Notes: generated by a model from the letters alone, not told the origin. A DNA stretch of 63,013 nucleotides, filler included, from Choristocarpus tenellus KU-1152 (GCA_964200185.2; 10 parts of 10 records of this genome joined end to end with filler, not necessarily neighbours in it), one strand, 5' to 3'; numbered from the whole stretch's first letter, positions 1 to 13,479 are shown. Translations and numbers: made by a program.

Positions 1-252
1 GTAGAGCTGTGTCCACTTGGGAGCAAGAATCCAGTGTTACGATTTTGATGTAATTTTGGCTATCGTGTTTGTTAGGAAGTGTCAATATCCTTGTTCCGGA
101 CACACCTTTTCATAACGTATACATTTTACCTACTCCGAAGTGTTTCGGAGTAGGTAAAATGTCATAAAAAAATAAACAAACATGGGAAGCCAAGCCCCAA
201 ATCGACAAACAGGGCAAAATTTGTACCCTCTCTTAATAAGATACTTTCACTC
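1..252 (-). mobile_element. MITE family 1 copy (window-truncated)
   Basis: Ends ...TAAGATACTTTCACTC; interior matches the other copies. Confidence 0.9.
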
Positions 253-824
253 AGAGAGAGAGGCAAATTGTGTCACACCAATGGGAATTGGAGGGGACAA
301 AAACAGGAGTAGGAAAACCAGCTGATCAAGTTGACAGACAAGGCCCTGGAAGAGATAGGCATGTGGATTCTCAACTGCCATGCAGAGGGTAGGACTGTAG
401 AATGCTGGGACCTTCACATTTTGTTCAGTGGTGTCAAGGGATACAAGACTTTTTGTGCAATGTTTGCAAGCTTCTGAAGAGGGTGAGGAATTGACACAAT
501 AGGCTCCAAAGAAGAGTGAGAGGATGCAGGGAGTTGTGGGGGGCAGTAAGAGGATATTTTGATGGTGCTGTAAACAATCATTAAGAACGATGTTTCATCC
601 TATCCTCTCTCTCCCTTTTCATTAGAAGGACGTGCCCATTGTTTCGAATACACTCTCCCCTGCTCTTTTGGTGTTCAACGTATTGTTTGTGTTTTGTTTA
701 GCCTAGGAATTTCCTCGAGACTTGTTTATTTTCATCTGGTTATCAGCGTAAGTAGAAGGGCTTTCCTCCTCATCATCTCCCACTCAACCCCACCCATACC
801 CTATCCCTGCCACAATGGCATCAG

Positions 825-1983
825 AAACAAGGATCGCCGACTGCAGTGTATTCGGTGAACGCCATTGCCTTCCACAAGTATGGCACCTTTGCCACAGCAG
901 GTTCTGATGGTAACTTCAACTTTTGGGACAAGGACTCGCGACAGCGCCTCAAGGCCTTCGATGCCAAGCTCGGTAATACAATATCAACATGCAAGTTCAG
1001 CCCAGATGGGGGTTTGTTTGGGTGAGTTTTAGTCGAGATATCATCCAATTAGAAATGCAAGGGTAGTGGAAAGAAAATGGTATGTTTGGGTGATATTCTC
1101 CCACCAGTAAGAGTAAAAAGTGTAGTTTTTGTTTGGTGGACTTGCGCAGTTATCCTGTGTTGGGTCCCATTTCGGCATTTTATTAATCTTTTTAATTTTA
1201 TTATGGCTTCCAGTCTGTTTAGTACCTTTTAGCTGCCTGCTCTTTTCTGCTTTTGATCGACTATTTTTGGTCCAGTCATTCAAAGATGCTGACAGTCTTG
1301 CAGTCTACCCTCACTGATTTGGTTTTGACTGTTTTTCATGGTATGTCTGGCTATTATGGTGGGGCAACCTGCTCCAGTAAGCCTCTGTGCAGTGGGTAGC
1401 AACATTTGGTAGGTGAAGCAGGTGACTCAGTACTGGCAGGTCAAGGTCTGATGACTTCCTTTTTATTCTGTTCCTATGTGAGGCTCAGAGTATCAGGAAG
1501 GGAGGGTGGGTGGGTGGGATGTACACCAGGGTGTGCATTTGGGCCTTAACCAGGCGAAGTGCACGTACATTATCCATCCAACTCATGCAACCAAATCAAC
1601 CAAAAATCGTGACATGAAAAATGGGCCCTAAATGGACAAAAGTATGAACGATCTTGAAGCTAGTACTAATGATGGAGTATGGAGTTTGTAATATATTTTT
1701 GTTATTTGTTTGGGTTGTGTATATTTGGGACTGCATTTGTAGAGGAATGCTCCTACTCCTTTCCCTATCTCATTGTATTTAGTTTTTCCCATGATTTGAG
1801 GCTGACCTTCCCACTCTTTGCATTTCTGACCACCCCAATACATGGATGAATGTCAGTTATGCAGCAAGCTACGACTGGTCTCAAGGCGTGGAACATGCCA
1901 ACCCCAGTCTTGGGAATGCCATTTACATTCACAGTGTCACAGACGAGGAAGTCAAACCTCGCCCAAAGGATGGCAAGAAGTGA
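825..1983 (+). CDS. RAE1: mRNA export factor RAE1/Gle2 (WD40), last two exons: 825-1021 and 1857-1983; 5' part lies outside the window
   Basis: Spliced translation ...VYSVNAIAFHKYGTFATAGSDGNFNFWDKDSRQRLKAF...SPDGGLFG|YAASYDWSQGVEH...EEVKPRPKDGKK* matches the characteristic Rae1 C-terminus (TAGSDG-F-FWDKD, YDWS-G, EEVKPR). The GT-AG intron is phase-consistent (phase 2). Confidence 0.93.
1482..1638 (+). mobile_element. MITE family 2, 3'-truncated copy
   Basis: GGCTCAGAGTATC...; interior matches 2995-3173; in the RAE1 intron. Confidence 0.85.
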
Positions 1984-2994
1984 CACAAGGCAACACCCCA
2001 CAGTATTCGTTACACATCTATTACACCTGGACATGACCATGCCTCCTAGAGCTAGGCTTACGATGAGAGGCACGGAAATCTGCTGGGAAGGAGAACAGAA
2101 TATTTTAGACAAGTTCCGACCAGTATCGGGTGTGATTTTGCCCAAACTTGTAAGACATTTTCTGAAACAATCAGTGGGGTCAGCTGGTATCATAACAAAC
2201 CTGCATGACCTTGCTTGTTGCAACCCACCAGTCCCTTCTTCGCAACCCAAATCACTTCCTTCACCCATGTTATGATGTGCATATCCTAGCCAGTTGAAGC
2301 AAGGTCGCCTTCTGAGAGTGGTGAGATCTGGTGGTACCATGCTTTTCCAGTCGTGCTGACAACAAGAGGTAAACAAAAGGATAAGAAAGGGCAGTCCAGA
2401 AATGTTACGCTGATATTCCCACTGAGATAATATATTGGCAGAATAGGGTCTGTTGTTGCATGATGCATTATTGATGTACTGGTCATACATTCCCAACAGT
2501 TTTATTTGTCTCAGGGTTAGAAGTCTTTGTACTGTCTAAACATCAAATTAGCTGGTAGCCAGGAAAGATAACAGGCATAGTAGAAAGATGCAGTGATTTA
2601 TCACATTCCGAGGCTTACAACAATGGGGAAAGATCCCAACTTCAATCCCAACCAGGATCCCATATAGTGATCAGGGTTCATCAGCGAGAGTGAAACTCAC
2701 ATGTACAAAAGGTCTTCTGAGTGTTGTGGTATATTTTTTTGTCTATAAATACAACAGACCTTAGAGCCAAATTCCCCTATTACCTATTGCAAACATCAAG
2801 TCCCTTAGTAAAAGGGCCGTAAATCTTGGTGTCTTATTCTACCTCAAAACTACTCTGATCAACGTATCATGGTGAGAGAATGAATAAGTCTTGAATGCTT
2901 TGAACATCAGACACACCCCTCACTCAGGGCTGGTCCTAATATATAGAAATTAAGGTAATACTATGTATTAGATTTATGATGAAATGGTTTTCAA

Positions 2995-3173
2995 GGCTCA
3001 AAAGTATCTGGGGTGGTAGGGGTGTACACCACCGTGTCCATTTGGGGCCTGACAAGGAAAAGTGCACTTACATTATCCATCCGACACATGCAGCCAAATC
3101 ACCCAAAAATTATGACATGGAAAAATGGACCCCAAATGGACAGCCGCTACCCTCCCCCCAGATACTTTGAGCC
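2995..3173 (+). mobile_element. MITE family 2, full copy (~180 bp)
   Basis: TIRs GGCTCAAAAGTATCTGGGG / CCCCAGATACTTTGAGCC; TTCAA on both sides. Confidence 0.9.
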
Positions 3174-3945
3174 TTCAATCGAATGATCCAAGAATGAGGA
3201 CCTATCACGTTTGGTCATGCCTTTGGCCTTGAATGAAATAGTAATATCTACTGTGTAAGATACCGGAGTGCCCAAGGTATAGTTGTGTTAGCCACTTTGG
3301 TGATAAAGGATCGACCAATCAATGAGGAAGGCCACTGTCTTTAAAAAAACCTTCTTAGTTGACTAGATCATTATGTTGAAAAAAATTCGAGGTTGAGACC
3401 ACCTGTACCACTCTCAAGTAGGGTTCAACAATCCTAGATACACCAACTCAGCAACAAGAGAAAATTGCTCTAGTATTGGTCAGAATCCCTTGCACTTCTC
3501 GACGTGCTTATTGCCAAGTTGTACTTGACTTTGTTTGGGTGAGTCAGTCTGCCCTGTTTAATTAATAAAAAGCAAACAGAAATAGTACCATATGGTAGCT
3601 GTTCTGTGTTAAAGACGGTCAATTATTCTCCCTCACCATGCTGCTTGCTCACAAAGAACGACAGAGCAATGAGCTTATGAACGGTAACTCCATCAGAGTA
3701 ATACAGTACTTCGAAATATATACTCTCTGTCCCATAAGTCTGCAATGGTAAGGGTGTAACTTCGATAGATGGCGTCTGATGAAAAACGTTTTTTGACGTT
3801 GGATTCCTTTATGTTTTTGACGTGAAGATTTTTCTTCGTTGCTTTCCTCATGCCCATCAATCCACCAATCCACTGCCGTGTCAAGAGCCCCTCTGTCGAT
3901 TTTGATTGATTCTGGCAGACTTCTGTCACATTGCCTATTCTTAGT

Positions 3946-4740
3946 TCAGGTGTGCTGTACCTCAAAATTGTTACCCCTTGGCGCCTTCAAAACTTGATTG
4001 TTACGCTTAAAGAGGCTAGGACACACCCTCTGTGAGGTAGCTGTGTCGTACGCGCCGAACATGCTCTTTACACCACAACGCTCTCTCCAAACTCTAATTT
4101 TTAGGGATGCAATGAATCTCAGATCGTTGATATTGAGATCAGGTGACTGCACAGGCTGTGATACGAGCTTATGTTCCACCCCCCCTCCCTCCCGGCTTCG
4201 TTGAGTTTCTGCGGCGTGCCTTTTCTCGTATGGAGGGTTGCTCTGTCGCGATGAGCGACCACCTCGTCACCCTCCAACTACAGCATTTTTTTCTTGGATG
4301 TGGCGAGGAAAGTCTCCCTGTACCACTCCCAGTACCACTCAATACCGATGGTCACATTGAAGTCATATCGCTGCCGTCTCTCATGATGGGTCGAATTTCT
4401 CTGTGTCTACTGGGTGACACAAACATGCCAGATCCAAACTTGCTGTCGAAATCGTGGTAAGGCTCAAAGTATCTGGGGCAGGTGGGGGTGGCAGCTGTCC
4501 GTTAGGGACCTATTTTTCCATTTCGCAATTTTTGGGTATTCAGTTGCATGCATCGGATGGATAATGTAAGTATACTTATCCTGGTCAGGGTCCGAATGGA
4601 CACCCCGGTGTAGATTCCCCCCCTCCCCCCCCCTCAGATACTTCTAGCTGTAAGAGTCTGGGCGCGAAACGACTCAGATAAACATCACCTTAAGAATGTG
4701 ACTCTTGTGCTGTACCTTGGTAGAGAACATCTTTTCTGGT
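3946..4740 (-). mobile_element. Decayed Tc1/mariner (DD39D-type) transposase, interrupted by a MITE at 4461-4649
   Basis: Frameshifted minus-strand translation: KVMFI.VVSRP, DFDSKFG.IW, KLVSQPVQSPDLNINDLRFIASLK, GNNFEVQH. These match the KVMF..AVARP / FDGK.GIW / QP..SPDLN..DLGFF motifs. Confidence 0.8.
4461..4649 (-). mobile_element. MITE family 2 copy nested in the mariner remnant, TSD GTAA
   Basis: GTAA|GGCTCAAAGTATCTGGGG...CAGATACTTCTAGCT|GTAA. Confidence 0.9.
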
Positions 4741-5049
4741 CCACCCTTTTGGAAGCTGTGTCTTACCAGGAGGTAGTGGCAAAGCTAGTGTATGGTCATT
4801 TTATTTAGACTTTCGACACAGAAGGAGTATTTATGTTGCTGACTAGCGATGTTCTACTTAGTGTGTAGATTGCAAAATTGCAAAAATACATGGAGATGTA
4901 GCTGCAAATATTAAACAGAAATATCCATAGAGACGCATAGCGTTCCTGAATGAAGTGATGAACCCCAACCAACCCAAGACTATCCCACATAAAACCTATC
5001 GACAGTTATTGTCTTTGCCCTGTCCAGATCCCCTCCCAGGACTTGTACC

Positions 5050-6110
5050 TGTACCACGTTGCTGCTGCTGCCCCTACTACTGCTGCTCCTTCCGGACTCC
5101 AACCAGCAAGCTCCGGCATTGAGCATGTTTATGGCCAACTTCCCGCATGCATCACAAAGTCCCTTTTAACTTGTCCTTTCTTACACTCAAACCAGCACAA
5201 GGTATGTCTCCCCATGACTTACCTATCTTTATCTTCTCCCCAAACTTTGACTTCCCCTCCTGGTGCTCGCCACCAGGTTCATCTTGCTTCGTTTGTTTTT
5301 TATTGAATGCATTGGCCCTTTCATACGCCCTCCACTTCACAGCTTGCTCCTTCACCAGCTCAAAGATCTGGTCTGGATCATTTTTTGCTCAGGGTCGCAT
5401 GATACGTTCTTGGAAATTTCCGTGTTAAACACAGGAGGTTTGAGCCCTGCAATAAAGGCCTCGTCACTCTAACCCTGGAGTTGGACAGGAGTCCTGCATC
5501 GTGTCTATGTCCGAGAGTACCTTCTCCGGCCCTGCCTTCCAAAGCTCCCCAATTTGTCCTGCATTCCAGAGGAAAGCGCCATCCAGATTGTCATCTTCTA
5601 GATAGCCCTTGATGTCCTGGATCACTCCCATGATCCGATTAGCAGCAGATCCTTCATTTTCCATCCGAGTTACCATCTGCAAATCCCCTTGGATTTGCCC
5701 AATATCGAAGGTGCAGTCTTCGCCGTCAACTCACACCACCTTCTTAAGTGCTTTCAGGAGTTGGTCCTCTGTTGCCGCAGCCCAATTATTTTTGAGTTCA
5801 CCCCTCACAAATGCTCGTCTCTGAGAGCAATGGTTAGGGATTCAGCCAGCGTCGTAAGCGCAATTTGTACACCTCCTTTTGAGAGCTGCACCCTAACGCT
5901 CAGCATATATTCCCGCTGAGCTGTCAGAAACCCTCTCACCTCCTTATTTGCCAGACTCTCAACCTGCTGCGGTTGAATATGCTGCGCAATCTGCAGCTAA
6001 GACCAATTGGTCTCACGCAAGCCCCCCCAGGCTGCGCCAGGTTCATCTCCGTCGTTCCTCGACATGTTGAACCCCTTCAATCTAGTCACTCTGCTGGTTT
6101 CTTCCCGGTT
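5050..6110 (-). mobile_element. LTR-retrotransposon gag-like remnant
   Basis: Long stop-interrupted minus frame (ORFs 5464-5682 and 5152-5355) ending in a degenerate zinc knuckle GT..CM.EVGHKHAQC. Confidence 0.55.
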
Positions 6111-6224
6111 GTGTGCACTCCAAGCTCAAATTATCTTGGGGGGGGGGGGGGGGGGGGGGAACCCCCGAGGCGACTCTTCCGGAGCCGGACCTAGAAAGAC
6201 ACACACATCTTTACACCCACGACA

Positions 6225-6324
6225 NNNNNNNNNNNNNNNNNNNNNNNNNNNNNNNNNNNNNNNNNNNNTTAATTAATTAANNNNNNNNNNNNNNNNNNNN
6301 NNNNNNNNNNNNNNNNNNNNNNNN
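6225..6324. other. Artificial contig linker (N44-TTAATTAATTAA-N44). The same linker is at 10207-10306, 14980-15079, 17965-18064, 25703-25802, 41572-41671, 49952-50051, 52854-52953 and 57609-57708
   Basis: Identical 100-bp structure nine times; TTAATTAATTAA puts stops in all six frames. Confidence 0.98.
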
Positions 6325-6548
6325 CGGGTTTATCACCTTTATCCTCTTTGATGATTTTGGGGATACTTTAACAAGAGTCCCCCTTCTCGAGTGGGATGAG
6401 GCAAACTATTCAATGGACGTATGTACTACAAAGCGATAGTGTTCTCAAGCTCTCTTGCTCAAGCAATAGAATTGAGCCCTGTGCAACCCCTGAGTCTGAC
6501 TCAGAAAGTGGTGTAGAGCAGGTGCAGGAGAAGTTAGGAGAACTCAAG

Positions 6549-6574
6549 TTAGGGTTAGGGTTAGGGTTAGGGTT
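6549..6574 (+). repeat. Interstitial telomeric (TTAGGG)4
   Basis: Read directly. Similar runs occur at ~20544, ~21570 (CCCTAA) and ~54115. Confidence 0.85.
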
Positions 6575-9500
6575 ATCTTGATGCAGATATCTCTCGCCAA
6601 ATAGCTTCAGGGTTTGATCTCGATAGATGAAACGTTGGGAGCCTTCCTCACAAAAGCTATTAATGGATTACAGGACGAGCTCCAATGAAGTTGATTTAAA
6701 CACACGGCTGCAGGATGTGGTGAATGCACAAAACATTATAGTAGGTCCAGGGATGGTGGTAAGGACAGGGCAGAGATTACTCTGTAGAATACACTGCAGT
6801 GCGATAATGATACATAGGGGTATTGTCAACACAGCAGTGAGGACAACATGAAATTTCGATATGTATTCTGTTATTTAATAAAATAATAAATAGGTTTATC
6901 TTATCTCTTCCCGCAGCAAATGGCAAGCAGTAAAACAGCAATACCAAAAATATTATAACCGAGAACAACATGCGGTAGCGTGTGGTGTGTTTTATAGAGA
7001 GTGTCACCCTGCACCAGAGAAGACCACATTATATTTCAATTATCAAATCTTCTTTATGAACACGAAAGGGGGCTTGTCTCCCCCAAGCGTGCCCCTTTTC
7101 GAAGTCGCAAACAAAGTAGAAATGTTCCCAGGAAGGTTTCGCCTCTGTTGGGGGAACCTCATTTTCCTGGAGGGGGACGTTTTTGCTCACAGTCCACCAC
7201 ATGTGCCACTCACCGATCCATGTGTGGGTACTGGGTAGGTGGCTACTCTGGCGCAGATTCCTTCCAGGCAAATCAACAACTTTGTCCCCAACCCACTGGC
7301 TCCAAACAATTCTATATATATGAAACTGATGTATATCATCAATGTGTTGGTCAACCAGCTTCTTCTGGTGAAGGAATGTACGAATTCAAATATTGTCAAT
7401 GTCGATTTTTATTTTTTCAAGCGATATTTATTTCAATAGAGCTTGTGGCGAGCACAACGGAATCGTACGCCTACACACCGTCCAGGAAATCTGAACTATG
7501 GTGCTAAGGCTACATTGTGGGCAGGTAAGCACTGCGCAATATTCAAGGGAGAAGGTCAAGCGATAAATGGAGAGATGATTGATGGACCCAGTGCACAAGA
7601 AGAAATGCAAGGCACACACAGGGCGGTGCATTTGGTTGTAGTGCAAAAGTTTGTCATTGTCAGCGAGAAGACTAAAGTAGTGCAGTGTGTACTGCCTCTC
7701 ACCACGTGTTGGGGGTTAGGCAGGGTTGAGCTATGTTCCTAGTCTCAGAGATGTAAGTACATATTATATCATATCAATAACATAACGTGTATACTTTGCA
7801 GAGACACGAGCAAGAAAAAAATTAGAGGTGGGCAGAGTTGCATTTTAAGGATCCCAAGAAAGGGAAAAAATACGCAATCTTCCACAATTGCAAAAGGGCT
7901 TGCTTAATTGTGGTGTCACTTTGTGCGTGGAAAGGGGGGATATCAATTTTGTGAACACTATTGTGCACGCAAAGGAATGAAGTACAGTGTATTGCACAAA
8001 AGGAAAGAAAGCCGACCTAGAATACAAAAGGGTTCAAACCTCCCTACCTCTCAATTGGTTTGGCTCATATATACTCTTCAAATTCCGATCATTTGAAAGC
8101 TGGACCTGCACAGGCAAATAGTCTATGTGTTGATACTCGTGCTCTATCCAGTGCGAGTGGCAAGTTTGTGTCTGGACAGCCACAAATAGGAAGGTGCGAG
8201 TCACCATAGTTCCAGTGTAAAATCTGTAACCTAAGAACGAATTACCAACATTTGGATGACGCGTGTGGCAGATGACAACCTGACACGTATGGCACACGAT
8301 ACTCACGAATATTAGGATTACAATTGCGATGACCTACGATCAGTCATACATCAAGTCTGAAAAGAACTTCTACATTTGTCTTGATTATAGCCTGATAGCC
8401 ACACATCTCATTCGATTGTCAAGTATTCACCCATCTTCAAGTCGACTTTTATAGCCTCACAATCACCCTACAGGTTTGAGGATTGGAGCTGCATCTCCCA
8501 TCAAGGAAAGCTGATTAGGTGCGTTGATATAAGCCCACATTCCACAAGTCGGACCTGATCGAGATGTTTTCGATGTTTTTTGTGTTTACACTATATGATG
8601 ACTACGAATTCTCTGTATTATTATAACTATGAATCATATTATTAATACAGGAAGGTCACAGTCAATATACTTTAAAGTGTAATGTAACACGGAGCATAAT
8701 ATTATTAGCACATTTTCTATGGATACTAGACATGAGTTAGAGACTACCCTTTTACCATAGAAGATGTCTTATCACTAAGTCTTAAGACTTTTATGTCTAG
8801 GCAAGGTGCTTTTAAATAACTTCTTCAGGTGAGGATATTAGTAGCTATTCCTAAACTATGTGAAGCGATCGAATTCCGTAATTATCGTCAGGTAACAAGG
8901 CAATTTGCAAGAGTTCAATACCTGTTTGAATTTGACAATCCCCCCCTTCCGATCTACCTATAAGTTCCTTGTCCCACCATTTTACCTGTAGACAATACAG
9001 TTTCGCAACACTGTCTTAACGGTGATAACATTTCTGTGCTAGATATTGTGCACATAACTTATTTTTAAATTATCATGCCCTATGATATTTTGCAGATGTG
9101 TCAGGGAAAAAGTCAATGAAAACTGTTCACATGTCAGAATAACCCCTAAAAAAGTAATAGTTGTCATAAATGTGAAAGATATTAATGTACTTACTATTTT
9201 ACTACCAGCTATGCTACACCGCTCCCTTCCTGTGCCTCTAACCTAGCTTAATCCTTCATACTTATCTTACTATGTACCAGGTAGGAGTGTTTCGAGAATT
9301 GCACAATATGTGTATGTTTTGGACTAGAGGATTGTGGGCACAATAAAGTGTTACGTATGTTAAGGACTGGAGTTTTACGCGCGCTACATAGTATTACGTA
9401 TGATTTCGTTCTCGTTGTAAGAAAGAGATAAATAAATGGGAGAGCACAAGAACACTGAATCAACATCGTATCATAGTACTGGACATGTAACACTCACCCA

Positions 9501-10989
9501 CAATACAATGAATGAACGTACATTCATACACACAAAATACAAAACACAGTGCAAAAGAAATGGTGATGATACTAGCGTCCTCAGTACTGCTAGTTACATC
9601 ACCCACCGAGGTTAAAACTATAATCAGGAGTCATAATGCTGCTAATCGTTCGCAGATGGCTACAACTAGAAGAAGAAACTGCTGTCAGTCCTGAGAAGTT
9701 ATTAGAATTCTCACCTCCATTTTTTTAGCAGAGGTGATCGTCCTAGCAGCAATATCTAAAGCCTTATACATGTACCGTTGCCAGCACTCACTACTAATAC
9801 ATACAAGAAGATTGGAGTACTTAGTTCTCATTGTTATGTTCCCGTTCAACTCTTCCACCGCCTAGGAGACATTGAAGTGACCAATGCAACCTGCCAACCA
9901 GCTTGTCATACCAGACCAGTCTGTGGCGTCACAGAACAAGGTGTGGAAGTGCATATGGTACAGGATGTGGCTCGCAGGGGTGAATGGACCATTCACTCAC
10001 CAAATTGATTCGTATGGGGTATGCAGAGCCAGTCTTCCTCATATTATTGATTCACCCATACAACAGCCTTGTATCCCACTAGACCAGCTGCCAGTCCGAG
10101 GATTTCTATACTGGATACTGTGCAATATAGGCTGGTAGTCCATATGGTTTAATTTGTTTTTACAGAATAATAATGATATTCTAATCTTTACATCAACAAA
10201 TAAAAANNNNNNNNNNNNNNNNNNNNNNNNNNNNNNNNNNNNNNNNNNNNTTAATTAATTAANNNNNNNNNNNNNNNNNNNNNNNNNNNNNNNNNNNNNN
10301 NNNNNNCACAGAGGGAGGCGCAAGAAGAGAGGAAAAGGGTGGGGGTGGCGTGGGGGTGGCGAGTGGCGGTGGGGATTGGGGAGTGGGAAGTAGCACTTGC
10401 CCGAAGCTGGGTGAAAGGTTTCACCTCAATGAGGTACCCCGCAAAACATTCCAGAGAAAATATCCTTCGGCGAAAGGCAATCGTTCTCAACCCAAATACA
10501 GTTGCCGTGGAGATAGGCAAGGAGGTATTTCGAACGGCCTGGCGATATATCTGTGTCGTTAACCCTTATCCCACCTCCTGACTATAACCTGTTGGGAGTT
10601 CTTGGTTGGTAAAGTCATCGAAGATCTTGACCCTTCTAGTCGTCCTACTCGTCCCCCCTGTGTGCTCCAATGGAGCATACATCCCTGCCCCAGTCTCCCA
10701 AGCCTTCATCGATCGAAATTATCTTTTCGTCTCACCACCTCCATTGCGACATTATGTTTTTCTCCATCTCATCCTCTTTCCTTTCTGATAAATTGATTAT
10801 TGACTAGTTACTTTGAATACATATATACACCCGTACTTGGTTGGTACTTACACCATTTTCTGGGTATATGTTTATAGGTTACTATTATTGTACACTTTGA
10901 GATTTTGGGTATAAAATGGTGCCGTCCTCAGACCAAAATTGGGCCTTCAGGTTTCTAGCTATCCTGCTCCATATCTACTTTGTATTAGT

Positions 10990-12578
10990 CCGTATCCTCA
11001 GGTCCACAAGATCTGAACATTCTCGAACATATCCTGCACATCTCCGTTTGCGCGTCTAACATTTTCTGACATCCAGAACATGTCCAATACATGCTGTATT
11101 CGTCCAGTCCACACCTCACACAGGTCCACTCCCGGATTAGTCTGACACAAATAGGCCTGGTCTAATTCGTTTGGTAACTCCATGTACAAAATGTGTGCAA
11201 CATGTCAGGGATACGTTATCATGAGGACTTATGATATTGATTATACAATATTTTCACCTTTTTGGATGGAGAATATACGAGCGTGAAGACGAATACATTA
11301 GTAGTTATCGCTACGTGGAGCAGTGAATATCTACAACCCTTGTCAAACACACGCACACTCTTCCCTCCCACCATTACCTGAACCGTCTTGCTGGACATAA
11401 CTGAGGGGATGGCCGACTCAACATTTTGTATTTGTTTTGATGCTGTCTGGAAGGGTGTAAGCCTGTGATGCCTCCATTGCAATTTTGAATCCCTGTTAAT
11501 CACTTTCAGAGTAAACTTTCGCAGAGATCCCAGACCTAGCTGGACACGCACGGGGTTTTTTGTCAGTCATAAAATGATGCGCAGAGAGGCAAGCGCAGAT
11601 CTCCCCTAACACACATCACCTCTTCTATTCCCGCACAGGAAAACATCTCTGTTATGCAGGCACTACCTCTCCCTGTGCCATCCCTCCGGATTAGTGCAGG
11701 TTGAACCAGCACCATCTCTCCTAGGTAGTGGAACGTTCTTACAGACACTGTGAGTGTTGATGTAACGATAGTGATCCCCAGCCACTCTTCAGAAGGTTGG
11801 TTGTACATTTCATTTATCCACTGGCAAGAAAAAATTGAGATTTTACTGGTCCATGAGGATATTCTGTATCTCCTCTGCACTGTTATCAACCCGTTTACAA
11901 TTTTTGTTCTTTTGGCTTTTGACTCTCCCATCACTCGGTATATTTTACCAAAAACTGACCCTTTCTTTTTCCTATATTTCTTCTTCCCACCTTTTATTTC
12001 ATTTGTGTACAGAACAGAATTACACCAATTACCATTAGCAGTTACACAAAGTGTCAATGGCACACTGTTTGACACACACAGATCGCACAGCTCTCCCCTG
12101 TACTTTTCTCCCTCGTGCTACTTAAGCATCATAGCAGATTAGTCTCCAATTCTTTTTCCAACAACATAATCCCCATGAGTTTACTCTGGCCAGGCAAACA
12201 GCCCCCATAGTTTCTTTCCTCCTTTCTTGGGCTACTGAAACACCATGGGAACTGACCAAGCTTCCCCTCCTTTTCTCCCTCGTAGTCCCCTTTTTCCCAC
12301 CCGCATCATCCCACCTTCCATTACTCCACCCTGACTATATAGAGAGTCAGCAATAGCCCATTACAGTTGTTGCAAGTGGGAAATAGGAGTTCTTCATAGA
12401 ATTCTTATCACTCCACAACATTATTTCCATAAGTTCGCCCGAGTGAACGGAATTCTGAAGACAGGTGAAAGCTGTAAGTATATACGGAGCAATACAATAC
12501 TTACAGTGTGTACACCACAAAGTGTTGAACATATTTACCTATCTCAACGTCAGGACAACTTCTGCATATTTGGTTACA
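10990..12578 (-). mobile_element. Decayed LTR retrotransposon: putative LTR 12578-12368 (TGTAAC...GCAACA) followed by an eroded internal region
   Basis: TG...CA-bounded ~210-bp segment followed by broken ORF fragments (CVTANG protease-like stretch). Weak support. Confidence 0.35.
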
Positions 12579-12983
12579 ACAGCTACTACTACATTTAAAA
12601 AACCAACAAAGCTAATCAGGATGTCGATGGTTATTTTCTTGAGGACAACTCACACTATATTATTATTATTGTGCCCTCTGACATTTTGCAGATGTGCCAG
12701 GGGAAAACCAATGAAAACTATTCACATGTCAGTATATAAATAAACCCTCAAGTAATATTTGTCACAAATGCCAAAAACACTAATTTGTTATTTCACTCAC
12801 ACTATCATGTGCTCTGGCTGAGTATTCTGTATCGAGTAATCTATACAGCCAGTCTGAAACCTACAATCGTTCCACTTGCTGGGAAGTGTATGCATCCAAA
12901 ATAGGGATGGTGAATCCCGTGCTTCAAAATGCAATAGAGAAGTTTCTCAATTAATGACACTTCCTAATGAAGTACCTGGAATA

Positions 12984-13060
12984 GTGTCAAAGTATCTGAG
13001 GGGGGGGGGTGGTTTGTGAGGGGGCGTCCGTTTCGGTCCGGACGAATTGCTCAAAAATCA
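12984..13060 (+). mobile_element. Terminus of a fifth related TIR element
   Basis: GTGTCAAAGTATCTGAGGGGG...GGCGTCCGTTT resembles the reverse complement of 41700-41741. Confidence 0.6.
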
Positions 13061-13479
13061 TAGCAATTGCTGCCTTCAGTCGTGCTAAAGATGGTGGTAT
13101 GGAGTACGAGATGCTTGTGGGTCAACGTATTTTTTGTAAGGTTTCTGTCTATTGCTCTGTGGTCTGATCAACGCAAAGAGGGGAGGAAAAAGGATTGGGG
13201 CATGGCTGTAAAGGTGTTAGAGGATGGTGGCAGAATGCACTAATGGAGATGAAATCTAGGTTGCCACCGGGTCAAAAAAAACGTGCGAATGAGGACACAT
13301 AAACACAAACTTTTCAGGAAGATAATAAATTCAATATACCAAATGCGTAAGTCCGTTGATTTAGAGAACGTCCGATCTCTCCATCATTACATTTCTGTCG
13401 AGGCAAGTGTCGGACTGAAGTAGAGGGTGACTCACGAACATAATTTGGTCTATGTTGCTCCTCAAAGCCGTGTCTCTCA

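Noticed and set aside
1765-2496. 243-aa minus-strand ORF as a gene
   Set aside because: It is antisense to the last RAE1 exon and 3' region and has no recognisable motifs.
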